Shown in pieces: positions 29,800 to 39,411 of a stretch of 64,000 nucleotides of DNA (position 1 is the first letter of the stretch; each line of letters begins with the position of its first letter). The notes under the pieces are model-generated. The model saw only the letters and a list, made by a program, of their open reading frames with translations. It did no database searches and was not told the DNA's origin. The DNA comes from a virus. Lineage: Duplodnaviria > Caudoviricetes. The stretch is taken from positions 192,001 through 256,000 of the IMG/VR virus record IMGVR_UViG_3300014208_000023. One strand, given 5' to 3'. A program made the translations under genes and the position numbers.

Positions 29800-29961
29800 T
29801 TATGCCTTTGTATCCGCAGACGGTATTTTGCCAACAAGTTTTTCATCTTGAGCCGCTTTTTTAGCTCTTTCAAGGGCTTCCTTGGCAGACTCATCAATAA
29901 CTTCTGGAGCATCGATAACGTGTCTAATTGGTTGTGCGTCTCCGTGCTTTATGAACATCAT
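29800..29961 (-). CDS. 53-aa ORF missed by the track (MMFIKHGDAQ...)
   Basis: SD GGAG and promoter motif upstream; stop abuts the protease start; N-terminus F-x-K-x-G-[DE] mirrors the protease's MSFHKQGE. Confidence 0.7.
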   Translation of the reverse strand: MMFIKHGDAQPIRHVIDAPEVIDESAKEALERAKKAAQDEKLVGKIPSADTKA

Positions 29962-29989
29962 TCTCCATTCTTATAGTAAATTATTACTA

Positions 29990-30628
29990 TTAATCAGCCT
30001 TTGAATTGGTTTCTTCGGTTTTTTTATTTCTATCATTAACCATTCTAATAGAATTCGGAATCTTATCTTCAATCTTTTCCTGTAGCTCCTTACTAACAAG
30101 ATCTACCCAGGTGCGATTTAGTATATTGTTCTCAATGTGAGCCATAATACGATCTTCTATTATTTGCTCTAGTTGGGCGGCTTCCTTTTTGATATTATCT
30201 ATTGATTTTATTATGGAGGCGCCGAACTCTTTAGATTTTAATTCTGAAAAAAGCTCTGCAAATCTATTTACTTGCTTCTCTATGTCGCCAATAGATAATA
30301 CGAAAGACTTATTTAGTTTTACAACTTGAGCGTCAGATGAAAAATCGTGCATAATAGCAAAGCACTTAAACGAAATTCTTTTAACTTTATTGAAAATTTC
30401 AATATTGGCATCTCTAAATCTCCAAAGAGCCGCTCTAGCTTTCCACGATTGCTCTGGCGTGATAGCCTCTCCATCTTTAAATGGAATATAGATTAGATCC
30501 AAATGGGTAATGGCCTCTTTTAATGTCTTAAGAAGAAATCCGTAATATGCAAGGGCCTTTTCAGCCTTTTCTTTTTCCTCATCCGTAACAGAGTAGGATA
30601 GCTGGACTGCATATCGTTTAAGGCTCAT
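29990..30628 (-). CDS. Hypothetical helical head-module protein
   Basis: 212-aa ORF tiled within the operon. Confidence 0.55.
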   Translation of the reverse strand: MSLKRYAVQLSYSVTDEEKEKAEKALAYYGFLLKTLKEAITHLDLIYIPFKDGEAITPEQSWKARAALWRFRDANIEIFNKVKRISFKCFAIMHDFSSDAQVVKLNKSFVLSIGDIEKQVNRFAELFSELKSKEFGASIIKSIDNIKKEAAQLEQIIEDRIMAHIENNILNRTWVDLVSKELQEKIEDKIPNSIRMVNDRNKKTEETNSKAD

Positions 30629-30654
30629 CGTAGTAATACCAGTTAAATGACATA

Positions 30655-31311
30655 TTATATTGTTGTTGAGCCGCCACCAACTACGCTTGGCCCAAAACCA
30701 CCCAAAGGATCTCTTTCTCCATCGTTTAAAGATGTGCTAGTTTCTGGAAATTCTCTAACATTCCTATCTCCATATGGAGACCAAGATAAATTTTCTGATG
30801 GAGCTCCAAAATAATCATCATAGCTTTGTCTTGACCCATCTACTATATCGGAAGCTGAATTAACATCGTCATTTTTATCGGAATTTATAATGAAAGATTT
30901 ATAAATATCTACTACTTTCGGATCTAATCCTTCACCAAAGCCAAAAGTTTTAGCCTCTTTAATTGCCTCTTCCGCCGTCCAATCTTCATTTTCACATCTA
31001 TACATTGCTATAGCCAAGCCTGTTCGATCTTTACCATGCAAACAGTGAATTAACGTTTTTTTAGGAGCATCAAATAGATTTCCTATTTTTGCTAAAAAAG
31101 TTATTAGAGTAGTGTTTTTACCAATATCTATTGGAAGCATAATATGCTCAATATCTAATAGCTTGCATGAAAGCGCTATTTTTTTACCAGCAGAAGCATC
31201 TAGCGATATTATTCTTTTAATTCCAACTTTTTTATTTAGCCAAATAACATCCTCAGGCGTCGGAGCTGAAGATCTATATAATTTTTCAGATACTTTTCTA
31301 AAATTATACAT
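30655..31311 (-). CDS. Dual-specificity/tyrosine phosphatase family protein (Siw14/PFA-DSP-like)
   Basis: NFRKVSEKLYRSSAP and the catalytic loop IHCLHGKDRTG (HCxxGxxRT), followed by an acidic tail. Confidence 0.9.
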   Translation of the reverse strand: MYNFRKVSEKLYRSSAPTPEDVIWLNKKVGIKRIISLDASAGKKIALSCKLLDIEHIMLPIDIGKNTTLITFLAKIGNLFDAPKKTLIHCLHGKDRTGLAIAMYRCENEDWTAEEAIKEAKTFGFGEGLDPKVVDIYKSFIINSDKNDDVNSASDIVDGSRQSYDDYFGAPSENLSWSPYGDRNVREFPETSTSLNDGERDPLGGFGPSVVGGGSTTI

Positions 31312-31994
31312 TAAAGATTCTTTACTATAGAGTTTAGCACATTTCTAATATATTGCGGGTTGTGCTCCAAAAGTATATTCTTTAGAATGGTTATCGCTTG
31401 CCCCATAGAAGAATGGGTTGGCGTTTTCTTGTCGCTAACCTCATATTCATTTATCATATAGATTTTTTTTCTAATTGATTGAATAGCCGCTGACCGTTTG
31501 GCATCAGGAATACGACGAAGAAGAAATTTTACAAGATCGCTCAATCTTTTCCCTGCAAATTCGGAATCACCCATTTCGATTGCGTTAGCATTTTTTTTAA
31601 AGTGTTTTATTGATGATATTGCAATTTCAAGAGCGTCGTTTTCTGGCTCATCATCACCCTCTAAATATAAACGATCAAAATTTTCCTTAAACAGTTTTTG
31701 AAATTTTTCAACAGTTTCTTTTTCAAACTCTTTATTTAAAAGTCTTATAATTGATGAATAGCTTAAAGAAGGATTATTTGTTTCGGCCTTTTTATGCTTA
31801 AAGAACTCTATTTGCCGCAGCCTTTTTACGGCTTTAGTTTTGGAATCATATTCTCCAAGAGGCTTTCCTTTTTTTGAAACAACTTCCCATTTACCTTTTC
31901 TATTTTTTCTAACGAAGGCAAATTTATCCATACTTGAAAAGTTATAAAACTGATCGGCATAGATTTCTAATTTGTTCGTAGAAATACGAGACAT
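31311..31994 (-). CDS. Putative inner-head protein with a basic module
   Basis: DKFAF, KKAE and KNAN sites; GKWEVVSKKGKPLGEYDSKTKAVKRLRQIEFFK module. Confidence 0.5.
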   Translation of the reverse strand: MSRISTNKLEIYADQFYNFSSMDKFAFVRKNRKGKWEVVSKKGKPLGEYDSKTKAVKRLRQIEFFKHKKAETNNPSLSYSSIIRLLNKEFEKETVEKFQKLFKENFDRLYLEGDDEPENDALEIAISSIKHFKKNANAIEMGDSEFAGKRLSDLVKFLLRRIPDAKRSAAIQSIRKKIYMINEYEVSDKKTPTHSSMGQAITILKNILLEHNPQYIRNVLNSIVKNL

Positions 31995-32389
31995 TACAAT
32001 CCTTTTTGTTTTATGACGCTTCTTACGAGCGCGGCGTCCTTAACATTTAGGAAGATATCATTTAGGCTACCAAGACCGTCAAGAACCGTCATGGCACGAA
32101 TTTGAAAAGCATTTATATAGATTTTGTTTCCAGTAAGAACTTCACCATTTTTAACGTATAGGCACTGAAGTATTATAAAGCGATCTAAAACATCTATTAA
32201 TTTTCCAAATATGGAACTATTTTGTGGAACTGATATTTCATCGTAGTTCATAGTTTCACACTGATCTCCAATATAAAGCTCTAGATATTTTCCTTTAAGC
32301 GCAAGAAGCTCATCAGAGAAAAGTTTTAATTCTGCTTTTTTATCTTCACCATACATTTCGAATGGGTTTGATGAGTTGCTAACTGGCAT
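31994..32389 (-). CDS. Hypothetical protein, possibly Sm/LSm-like beta fold
   Basis: IFGKLIDVLDRFIIL ... GNKIYINAFQIRAM resembles Sm1/Sm2 strands. Confidence 0.3.
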   Translation of the reverse strand: MPVSNSSNPFEMYGEDKKAELKLFSDELLALKGKYLELYIGDQCETMNYDEISVPQNSSIFGKLIDVLDRFIILQCLYVKNGEVLTGNKIYINAFQIRAMTVLDGLGSLNDIFLNVKDAALVRSVIKQKGL

Positions 32390-33503
32390 TATATCCTTGG
32401 GCTATTTTAAGTTTGAATTTACGACGATTTATTTCAGATATCTTAATGTCCATTTCTGGGTATCTAGAAGCTCTTTCTGGCAAAATAACTGTGCTGGTTT
32501 TACAGCCACCAATTTTCTTGGTGGCAAATTCGAATACTCCAGAAACAGCCTCGCATACTTCTGCTAAAACTGAAAGCCCATCTTCTTTTTTTAATGGAAT
32601 AGAGCAATTTAATTCAACGGCATCATTATGGTAATGAATATTGGAATTAATTTTTAATTCCTCAAGCAACACAGATTGTAAAATTCTAGCATATTCCGCT
32701 TTGGTTATAGAGTCTTCTGCATTAACTATGATTAGAAACTTATTTGACGAACCTTCTGTTGATGCGAAAGATGATAAGAATTCATTAATTCTATTAAGAA
32801 AAGACTCAAGAATGCTTTGTTGTGGCTTAACTGATCTATTAGCAACTTGTTGCTCTTGTTTGTATGATTTTCCTGTCACAACTGAAAGATGACCATTTAA
32901 AGCCGAAGCATAATCTCTAATGTTATTTCTCTCTGCCTCTTCTGCGCTTTTAGCTTCTTTAAATGGTGGCATTTTTAAATTTCTTGGATTTCCTGGTGGA
33001 ACCCAAAACCCTTCATAGTAATGATGATTCCTCATTGATTTAGATACGGCTTCAGATGATCCGGAGGCAGCGGCTTTTAAAGTGTCAGGCTTACCCCAAG
33101 ACATAAGAAATGCCATGGCTGCCTCTACGTCATTTGGAAAAAGATAAAAATATACATTTCTTCCGGCATCCTTGCCTTTTTCTTTTGTTGGATGAAGTCC
33201 TGCAGCTTTAAAATTACGCATAGTTTTTTCATCTCCAGGCGTACCACTTTGTAATGCTCCCCAATTATATTTATTTTGCCCAGCCCATACGGCAAATTGT
33301 CCAGGGTGCGCCCAATTTGCAGACCCCGCTCTTCCATATCCAGATTCAAAGAAAGCCGTAGCCAATCCAAAATCTAATTCTCCATCAGACGGATCTTTAT
33401 GAAAAAGCCGTTTATAAGCTTCTTTTAAGGCCTCTCTAGCGTTTCCATGGCTTAATGGTTTTACTATTGGCTTTTCAGCTATTTTTAATTTATTGAGAGA
33501 CAT
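32379..33503 (-). CDS. Lysozyme-superfamily (glucosaminidase/GH73-like) muralytic protein with a C-terminal extra domain
   Basis: ATAFFESGYGR catalytic-Glu helix, YNWGAL, FPNDVEAAMAFL, HHYY; bounded by LKIAE and LKIAQ. Confidence 0.6.
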   Translation of the reverse strand: MSLNKLKIAEKPIVKPLSHGNAREALKEAYKRLFHKDPSDGELDFGLATAFFESGYGRAGSANWAHPGQFAVWAGQNKYNWGALQSGTPGDEKTMRNFKAAGLHPTKEKGKDAGRNVYFYLFPNDVEAAMAFLMSWGKPDTLKAAASGSSEAVSKSMRNHHYYEGFWVPPGNPRNLKMPPFKEAKSAEEAERNNIRDYASALNGHLSVVTGKSYKQEQQVANRSVKPQQSILESFLNRINEFLSSFASTEGSSNKFLIIVNAEDSITKAEYARILQSVLLEELKINSNIHYHNDAVELNCSIPLKKEDGLSVLAEVCEAVSGVFEFATKKIGGCKTSTVILPERASRYPEMDIKISEINRRKFKLKIAQGYNAS

Positions 33504-35592
33504 CTTGTATTTTTACGTTAGTTATTTTATTAATTGTAACGTGACCCTCATATTTGGCCAATCTACATGTGGCCGTGAAAGTTAATACTTGTCCCATAAA
33601 TGCTGGATGAGGATCTATCTGTTCTAATTTAATAAATGAGAATATTTGCAATAAACAATCTTTATTTTCATTACACATCGCATTAGACTCTAGCTGTCCT
33701 TGAGTCATCGCTCTCTTAAATGCATCAATAAATTTTAACTGAACACCAGGATCTTCATCGTCATATGGTAGATTATGGGAATCTAATTGCTTAACTACCG
33801 CTAAAAATAATGAATTAGCAGTATTTGGACTAACCCTTATGCTTTCCGGCCTAATGCGGGCCAGAAATGGTATTTCAAACCAACGCTTTTTAACAGATCC
33901 TATTGGGATTCCATGCTCAACTGGCTTGAACTTATTTTGGTGTAATTGCTGCAATAGGTCTCCTGGCTTACCTGGCTCTCCAGGCTTTCCAGGCTTTCCA
34001 AGATCCACCACTACTGGCGCGGACCCGGCCGGAAGAGTTGATGGACCTTCAGTAATTTTACGAGTTTCGGGACCAACATTAATGCTTCTTTGCGTTTGTG
34101 GTCCGGCCTCTAGATTTTCAGTTGGAGGATCTGACGGCGGGTATGGTTCAGACACCACGACCGGCTCTGGCTCTGCTTTTGGTTTTTTTGGATCTTTAAC
34201 CGTCTTCTTTTTTGCCGCAGCGTCCTTTTCTATTAATCCTTCTGCTACCGCCAATAATTTAAGACTTTCTTCTTCTGAATATTTCTCTACCTCTTCAGAA
34301 TAAGAAAGGATTTCTTTAATTATTTCGTGATCAGTAGAAAGCTTTTCTATTCTTTCTATGAATTGTTGGTGCGCTTTAGTTGGGGTTGTTGGCGGCTTAC
34401 GTTTGGTAAGCTCATACTCAACTAAATCATCAGTGTCTTCTTTTGGTCCTGCTGGCGCACTAAATGAAAATGGAGCATCTTCATTATCATTGGCCGGTTG
34501 TGTATTAGTAAAAAATGGATATCTGCCGGTAGTTCTTTCTTGATGAACATTTTGACTTGAGCTAGACGGAGCAGCAGGAGCCTGAATTAAACTAGGAACG
34601 CTATCTCCTTGCGGCTTGCTTGGAGGACCTTCAAAAGCTGGGCTAGCAGGCTGCAAATTTAGGCTAGGAGCTGCAGCGCCGGTTCCTGATGCCGGCGCTC
34701 CACCGCCGGCGGGACCTGGCTGTCCTGGAAAAGGATCTGGCATTTCAAGAAATTTTCTATCAGATGGTTTTGCTGATTTACCAGCCTCCCTTTCCTTATC
34801 TTTTCTTTCTTGCAATTCTTTCATTGGAACAATATTATTTTTATGATATTTTATATATTCATCATGATATGGGCTGAAAATTTCATTAAACCCAATCGTA
34901 TCTTGTATATACTCGCCAACATCTCTCCGCGCCCAAGCAGATCCCATTCTATGAAAACGATCCAATACGTCATCATAGATTGATTCGCTCGACTCAATCA
35001 TTTTTTCAGTGTCTGCTTTAAGTTGCCTGAAAAATGGTACAGAGAAACTTTTCTCCATAGTACGCATTTCCCTGCCACGCTCAGAAACAAATCCTTTATA
35101 TAGATCTTTGAATCTGCCGGGAATCCTCCACCAATCTTTGGCTTGGGCTTGATATAAGCTTTTTCCTAGCCCCGCTGCAGTAGAGACTAAGCCATCATCA
35201 GCTTTGTTTCCTATGTTTGCTTCCGGATCATATTCTAATAAAAATTTCTTATCTTTATGATCGAATTTTTTTAATAAAAACTCTCTTTGTTTTTCTTCTG
35301 GTATGCTTGCTTTAAATTGCTTAAGCTGATGATCAATTAATCTAGCTTTTTCATGAAATTTACCAAGATAAGTCCCGGCAGTCATGTAATCTTTGCGCTT
35401 ATAAAACGACTTCGCCATGCCCAGGAAATAGTTAAGATCTTCTGCTTCTTTTCTAACTTTTTTATCTACGACATCAAGGTCTTTTATGACCTTTCTAAAA
35501 GGAGATTTATTTACTAAAGAATTAGTAACGTCATTTACAAGTCTGCGTGCCTTATGACGGCGTTTAAGCTGTTGGGCTGTTTTGTTCTGCAT
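33490..35592 (-). CDS. Large putative inner-head protein
   Basis: Starts MQNKTAQ; helical domain, Pro-rich linkers, EKDAA site, C-terminal globular domain. Confidence 0.55.
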   Translation of the reverse strand: MQNKTAQQLKRRHKARRLVNDVTNSLVNKSPFRKVIKDLDVVDKKVRKEAEDLNYFLGMAKSFYKRKDYMTAGTYLGKFHEKARLIDHQLKQFKASIPEEKQREFLLKKFDHKDKKFLLEYDPEANIGNKADDGLVSTAAGLGKSLYQAQAKDWWRIPGRFKDLYKGFVSERGREMRTMEKSFSVPFFRQLKADTEKMIESSESIYDDVLDRFHRMGSAWARRDVGEYIQDTIGFNEIFSPYHDEYIKYHKNNIVPMKELQERKDKEREAGKSAKPSDRKFLEMPDPFPGQPGPAGGGAPASGTGAAAPSLNLQPASPAFEGPPSKPQGDSVPSLIQAPAAPSSSSQNVHQERTTGRYPFFTNTQPANDNEDAPFSFSAPAGPKEDTDDLVEYELTKRKPPTTPTKAHQQFIERIEKLSTDHEIIKEILSYSEEVEKYSEEESLKLLAVAEGLIEKDAAAKKKTVKDPKKPKAEPEPVVVSEPYPPSDPPTENLEAGPQTQRSINVGPETRKITEGPSTLPAGSAPVVVDLGKPGKPGEPGKPGDLLQQLHQNKFKPVEHGIPIGSVKKRWFEIPFLARIRPESIRVSPNTANSLFLAVVKQLDSHNLPYDDEDPGVQLKFIDAFKRAMTQGQLESNAMCNENKDCLLQIFSFIKLEQIDPHPAFMGQVLTFTATCRLAKYEGHVTINKITNVKIQDVSQ

Positions 35593-35625
35593 TAAAAGTC
35601 CTCAATGGAAATACGAGAATATTCA

Positions 35626-37500
35626 TTATGGAGCTGGAGGTGGAGCCGCTGGCGGAGTCCCGGCCGGAGGTGGCGCTCCGCCTTCTGGCGTAGGCGCTCC
35701 TGGTGGTGGTCCGCCGGAAGGAGGCGCCCCAAGGCTTCCAAGATCTGGAATCGCTCCCAAAGGCCCACCGCCTCCTCCTGGCGCTCCCATTCCTCCACCC
35801 ATGCCGCCATCTGCTGGCGCTCCACCTGGACCACCGGCCCCAGCTTCGTATGGGCTATCTGCAGCTACGGCAGAGTCAGTTATCTCTGGAATATCATCAT
35901 CTTCACCAAGGGCACGAAGTTCATTAAGTGACATTTTGGCAAGATTTTCTTTTTCTTTCTTGCGTATAGCCTCGTTAATATCTTCTTTTCGTATTTTGCG
36001 AATCTCTTCTTCGCCCTCTAGCCCCAATGAATCATATAGAGTTTCTCTGGAAACACGCTTATCTTCTCCAGTTGATAACTGCAGAAGAATATTGATGTAG
36101 TCCATCGTATCGAACATCGTAAGACGGTTCCACTCAACTTCTGGAACAATTAGCTTCTTTTCACCGTCTTTGTATTCGTAGAAATCATTTAGCCTTGAGA
36201 TTGGTGCAAAGATCTTATTCTTTAACCAAGCAGACATCATATTACGGAATTGCATGTAGCGCTGACGAAGAACGTCTAGAGAAATGCCTCCGTTAGCATA
36301 ACTGATATCTCCTCCGCCAGTCATTACTACTTCTGGAATCATAAGTCCCATAAAAATTTCTTTTAATAGCTGAGTGATATCGCCAGAAGTATCTATGATT
36401 GCAGAGTTAGCTCCGATGCGCTCTACCGTAACCGCTTCGTGAGTGAAGATTTTGAAATTCTTATCGGCAAGAGATTGGGCCCAGGCGTTTCTCCAAACAT
36501 CAAGGTCTTCTGGAGTTGGCTTGTAATCAGCGCTTCCAACTTTCACTAAAGTAATTGGATTGATTAAGTCTTGGGCCTGTGTGAATTTGCATTCACGAAT
36601 CTGATCGAAAAGCATAAGCTGACGGAAACAACTGACTGGCAGCCCGGTTCCGCGAGTTTCATATGCACTTAATTTTCTAGCTAAATGTGAGATATAGAAA
36701 TTATCTAGAGGTATATTCTCGCCGCGTTTGATGTGTTCTATAATAGTTGGATTTATTTGTTTGCGCTGCTGAATATCAGAAGGCTTATTGGAGAACACCA
36801 GCCGCCGTAACTCGTCGTCCGGCTTTAACATTATGATTGGATCTGAATGAATAGATGTTTTCTTTACTATGATATAGTCTGGGTTCTGAAGAACAATACG
36901 TCTCCATTTAGCATTATTTTCATCAAGATCGCATTGTGGGAAAGCTTCTCCCAATAGCCAATATTCCTGGGCTACTTCAGTGCAAACATTAGCTAACCCA
37001 ATTTCTTCATTCATTTGATTGAAAAAGTTTTCAATTTTTGGATGAGCACATTTTATATTAAGTTTGCTGATGGGATATGTGCTATGAAGATTTATAGCAT
37101 TTTGAACGAATGATTGAAGGGCTAGGAATGATCTGCTCCAAGCATTAATGGTTGCCCTATCTCGTGGAAGATTAAGATTGCTATTTAGCCAGAGCGGAGA
37201 ATATATATCTGGCATCTGTCTCAATGCACTTGATGCCCCTCTCCAGTCGCCAGAAGCAGCGGTAGATGATGTTACCTGAGCGTTTTTAACCTGACCAACT
37301 GCTGTAGATAAAAACGAATTAGATGTCGTAGAAGTTTGATTGCTAGAACCATCACGCCATAGTCCGCGCTCATATTCCTTCGTTAAGGTTCCTTTTCTGT
37401 AATCAGAAACTTGATGATAAACCCTAGAGTTCATTTTAGAAGGCTGCTCTTTTGGAGGAGTCGGAACATTTATAACTGGTGGATTTTTACGATTACTCAT
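35626..37500 (-). CDS. Portal protein
   Basis: VQNAINLHSTYP...EYWLLGEAFP, RGTGLPVSCFRQL, helical clip/crown pattern; directly follows terL; Pro/Gly-rich tail; VKNAQ site near the N-terminus. Confidence 0.75.
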   Translation of the reverse strand: MSNRKNPPVINVPTPPKEQPSKMNSRVYHQVSDYRKGTLTKEYERGLWRDGSSNQTSTTSNSFLSTAVGQVKNAQVTSSTAASGDWRGASSALRQMPDIYSPLWLNSNLNLPRDRATINAWSRSFLALQSFVQNAINLHSTYPISKLNIKCAHPKIENFFNQMNEEIGLANVCTEVAQEYWLLGEAFPQCDLDENNAKWRRIVLQNPDYIIVKKTSIHSDPIIMLKPDDELRRLVFSNKPSDIQQRKQINPTIIEHIKRGENIPLDNFYISHLARKLSAYETRGTGLPVSCFRQLMLFDQIRECKFTQAQDLINPITLVKVGSADYKPTPEDLDVWRNAWAQSLADKNFKIFTHEAVTVERIGANSAIIDTSGDITQLLKEIFMGLMIPEVVMTGGGDISYANGGISLDVLRQRYMQFRNMMSAWLKNKIFAPISRLNDFYEYKDGEKKLIVPEVEWNRLTMFDTMDYINILLQLSTGEDKRVSRETLYDSLGLEGEEEIRKIRKEDINEAIRKKEKENLAKMSLNELRALGEDDDIPEITDSAVAADSPYEAGAGGPGGAPADGGMGGGMGAPGGGGGPLGAIPDLGSLGAPPSGGPPPGAPTPEGGAPPPAGTPPAAPPPAP

Positions 37501-37523
37501 CTATATCTTATATATCAAAGGGT

Positions 37524-39365
37524 TTATAGTCCTGGCAAATATCCAACAACTACTGGTGGGCGACGTTTTGGAGAATTATTCATCATTGAGGGATGTTTAA
37601 TACTGAATCCATTACTAACATAGAACTTATAAGCTAAATAAGCATTTAGTAATGCCATAAATCCATCGTTAGGTCCTGACTTAACATATTTGGGAGTAAC
37701 TTCTCCTGAACGACTTATACTGGGCTTAATTTCCATATTAGTGCAATGTTGTATTAACCAAGCAATTTTTTCATAATCTCCCAATGGAAATCTGATATTA
37801 CCTTTGCGCATCTGCTCATACATTTCTGCTATCCAAAAGTCTTTCTCAAAAGTAATTACTTTTGGAAAAATAGAATCATTGAACTTAATATGATCATTAA
37901 CTCTATGAGATGATGTTGAAGATAGAAATTTATCTCCCCATTCTGTTTGTAATACTTCAGATAAGTCTCCAGTAAATCCAAGGTCTATTACTCCAAGATT
38001 AACTGAATACTTCCGCATGAAGTAATTTATCGTTTCTTTTTTGGAGGCAAAATCGTTTCTTTTGAATTTTTCAGCTCGCTCTATAGTAATTCTTTGCGAC
38101 CCATTAATAGTTATTATTACTGCTGTGCTATAACTCTGTCCTTGTTCCGCTATTTTTGGACGATCGATTAGTTGCTCGATATCGTTCTTTGCGCCAATAT
38201 CTATTCCTAGGAAAACCATTTCTCCGTCATCGGGAGTTATGGTTGCCCGGAACTTCCGTTCTGGATCTCCGCAAATATCCCTGATTTCATCTGGGGAAAT
38301 TATTCCAGTTTCACCAGACCAAAAATTACCTAAAACTTCATTCTGATAAGTTCTTTCGGTATTGGTTGCGCTATGGCCCGGTTTTTCGTCCATAATCCGC
38401 TCTTTGGTATATTCTGGATTGTAAAGCTGGTTTAGATGGAAACCGATATATTTACATTCACCAAGGTCTTTAGACGCAATCCATTTTCCGCGTTCGACGG
38501 CCTCACTCTTATCTTGCTCAAATCCACAATGTTTACAGCGAACCGTAAATCCATAAAGCCAAATCTCTTCCCACTCATTTGAGTTTTGAGTAAATAATGG
38601 AAAATGTTTTTTGCACTTCTCACACCCAAGGTGATAGAATTGCTGTGATGATTCGCTCCACATATCAGAGAACATGGACCCTCTTTGTAGAGGGGTTCCG
38701 AAATATACTTGAACGCCTTTACCAACTGAACCATAATTTGCTTTGGTTAGAGTTTTAGTTGAGTTACCCAGTCCCAAGGCGGGCATCTTCTGAACCTCAT
38801 CAGCAAATAGAATATCAGTTGATTTACCCATCATTCTATTTCCATCAAGACCAATGCTTTCAATAAACATATGGTTACCGCCTTGAAATTGTTTAAAATT
38901 CAAGCTGTCGTTGCTATCAGAAGACCTATCAAGCATATTTTGCATAAATGATTTTGCTTTTTGCCCCTTGATTGGCTTATCGCTAATTACAATTGAATTA
39001 TTAATCATTGAATTGAGTTTTACCTTGGAATAGGCATTTGCTAGCTCTAATTGTGGAAAGCAGTGAATAATTCTTATTGGAGGGTTATGGCCATTACCGA
39101 ATACTCCGCTTCCCATAAAATACATTTCAAGGGCCGCACATAGAATGGTTAGTCCTATCTGCCGTCCCTTACAAATAACTATTGGAAGGCCGCCCTTTTC
39201 GAGCGCCTTCATTCCAATTGTTCTTGCGATATCGGCTAACGGTTTATACCCGTTGCCATTAATGCGATATGGCTTACCCTCTAATGTAAGGTGTTTTTGG
39301 CACCACTCAACGGGGTCCATGGCAAGTAGACCATCTTTAATTCTGTCAAATATTATATCCGTCAT
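37524..39365 (-). CDS. terL: Terminase large subunit, lambda GpA-like (probable start MTDIIF at 39365)
   Basis: Walker A KGRQIGLT, Walker B FADEVQ, GTP, Zn motif CEKC...CKHC, GFHLNQL, nuclease LGIDIG...NDGFMA. Confidence 0.9.
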   Translation of the reverse strand: MTDIIFDRIKDGLLAMDPVEWCQKHLTLEGKPYRINGNGYKPLADIARTIGMKALEKGGLPIVICKGRQIGLTILCAALEMYFMGSGVFGNGHNPPIRIIHCFPQLELANAYSKVKLNSMINNSIVISDKPIKGQKAKSFMQNMLDRSSDSNDSLNFKQFQGGNHMFIESIGLDGNRMMGKSTDILFADEVQKMPALGLGNSTKTLTKANYGSVGKGVQVYFGTPLQRGSMFSDMWSESSQQFYHLGCEKCKKHFPLFTQNSNEWEEIWLYGFTVRCKHCGFEQDKSEAVERGKWIASKDLGECKYIGFHLNQLYNPEYTKERIMDEKPGHSATNTERTYQNEVLGNFWSGETGIISPDEIRDICGDPERKFRATITPDDGEMVFLGIDIGAKNDIEQLIDRPKIAEQGQSYSTAVIITINGSQRITIERAEKFKRNDFASKKETINYFMRKYSVNLGVIDLGFTGDLSEVLQTEWGDKFLSSTSSHRVNDHIKFNDSIFPKVITFEKDFWIAEMYEQMRKGNIRFPLGDYEKIAWLIQHCTNMEIKPSISRSGEVTPKYVKSGPNDGFMALLNAYLAYKFYVSNGFSIKHPSMMNNSPKRRPPVVVGYLPGL

Positions 39366-39411
39366 ACACGTTAATACCAAAAAAAACCTATAATTATGAT
39401 ATAGAGCATAT

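Noticed and set aside
37524-39365. Intron or intein in terL associated with the HNH gene
   Set aside because: terL is continuous with all motifs at normal spacing, and the HNH gene lies outside it.
39379-39387. Second 9-nt homopolymer near the terL start as a slippage site
   Set aside because: It lies upstream of the probable start codon, in intergenic DNA, with no ORF fusion to explain.
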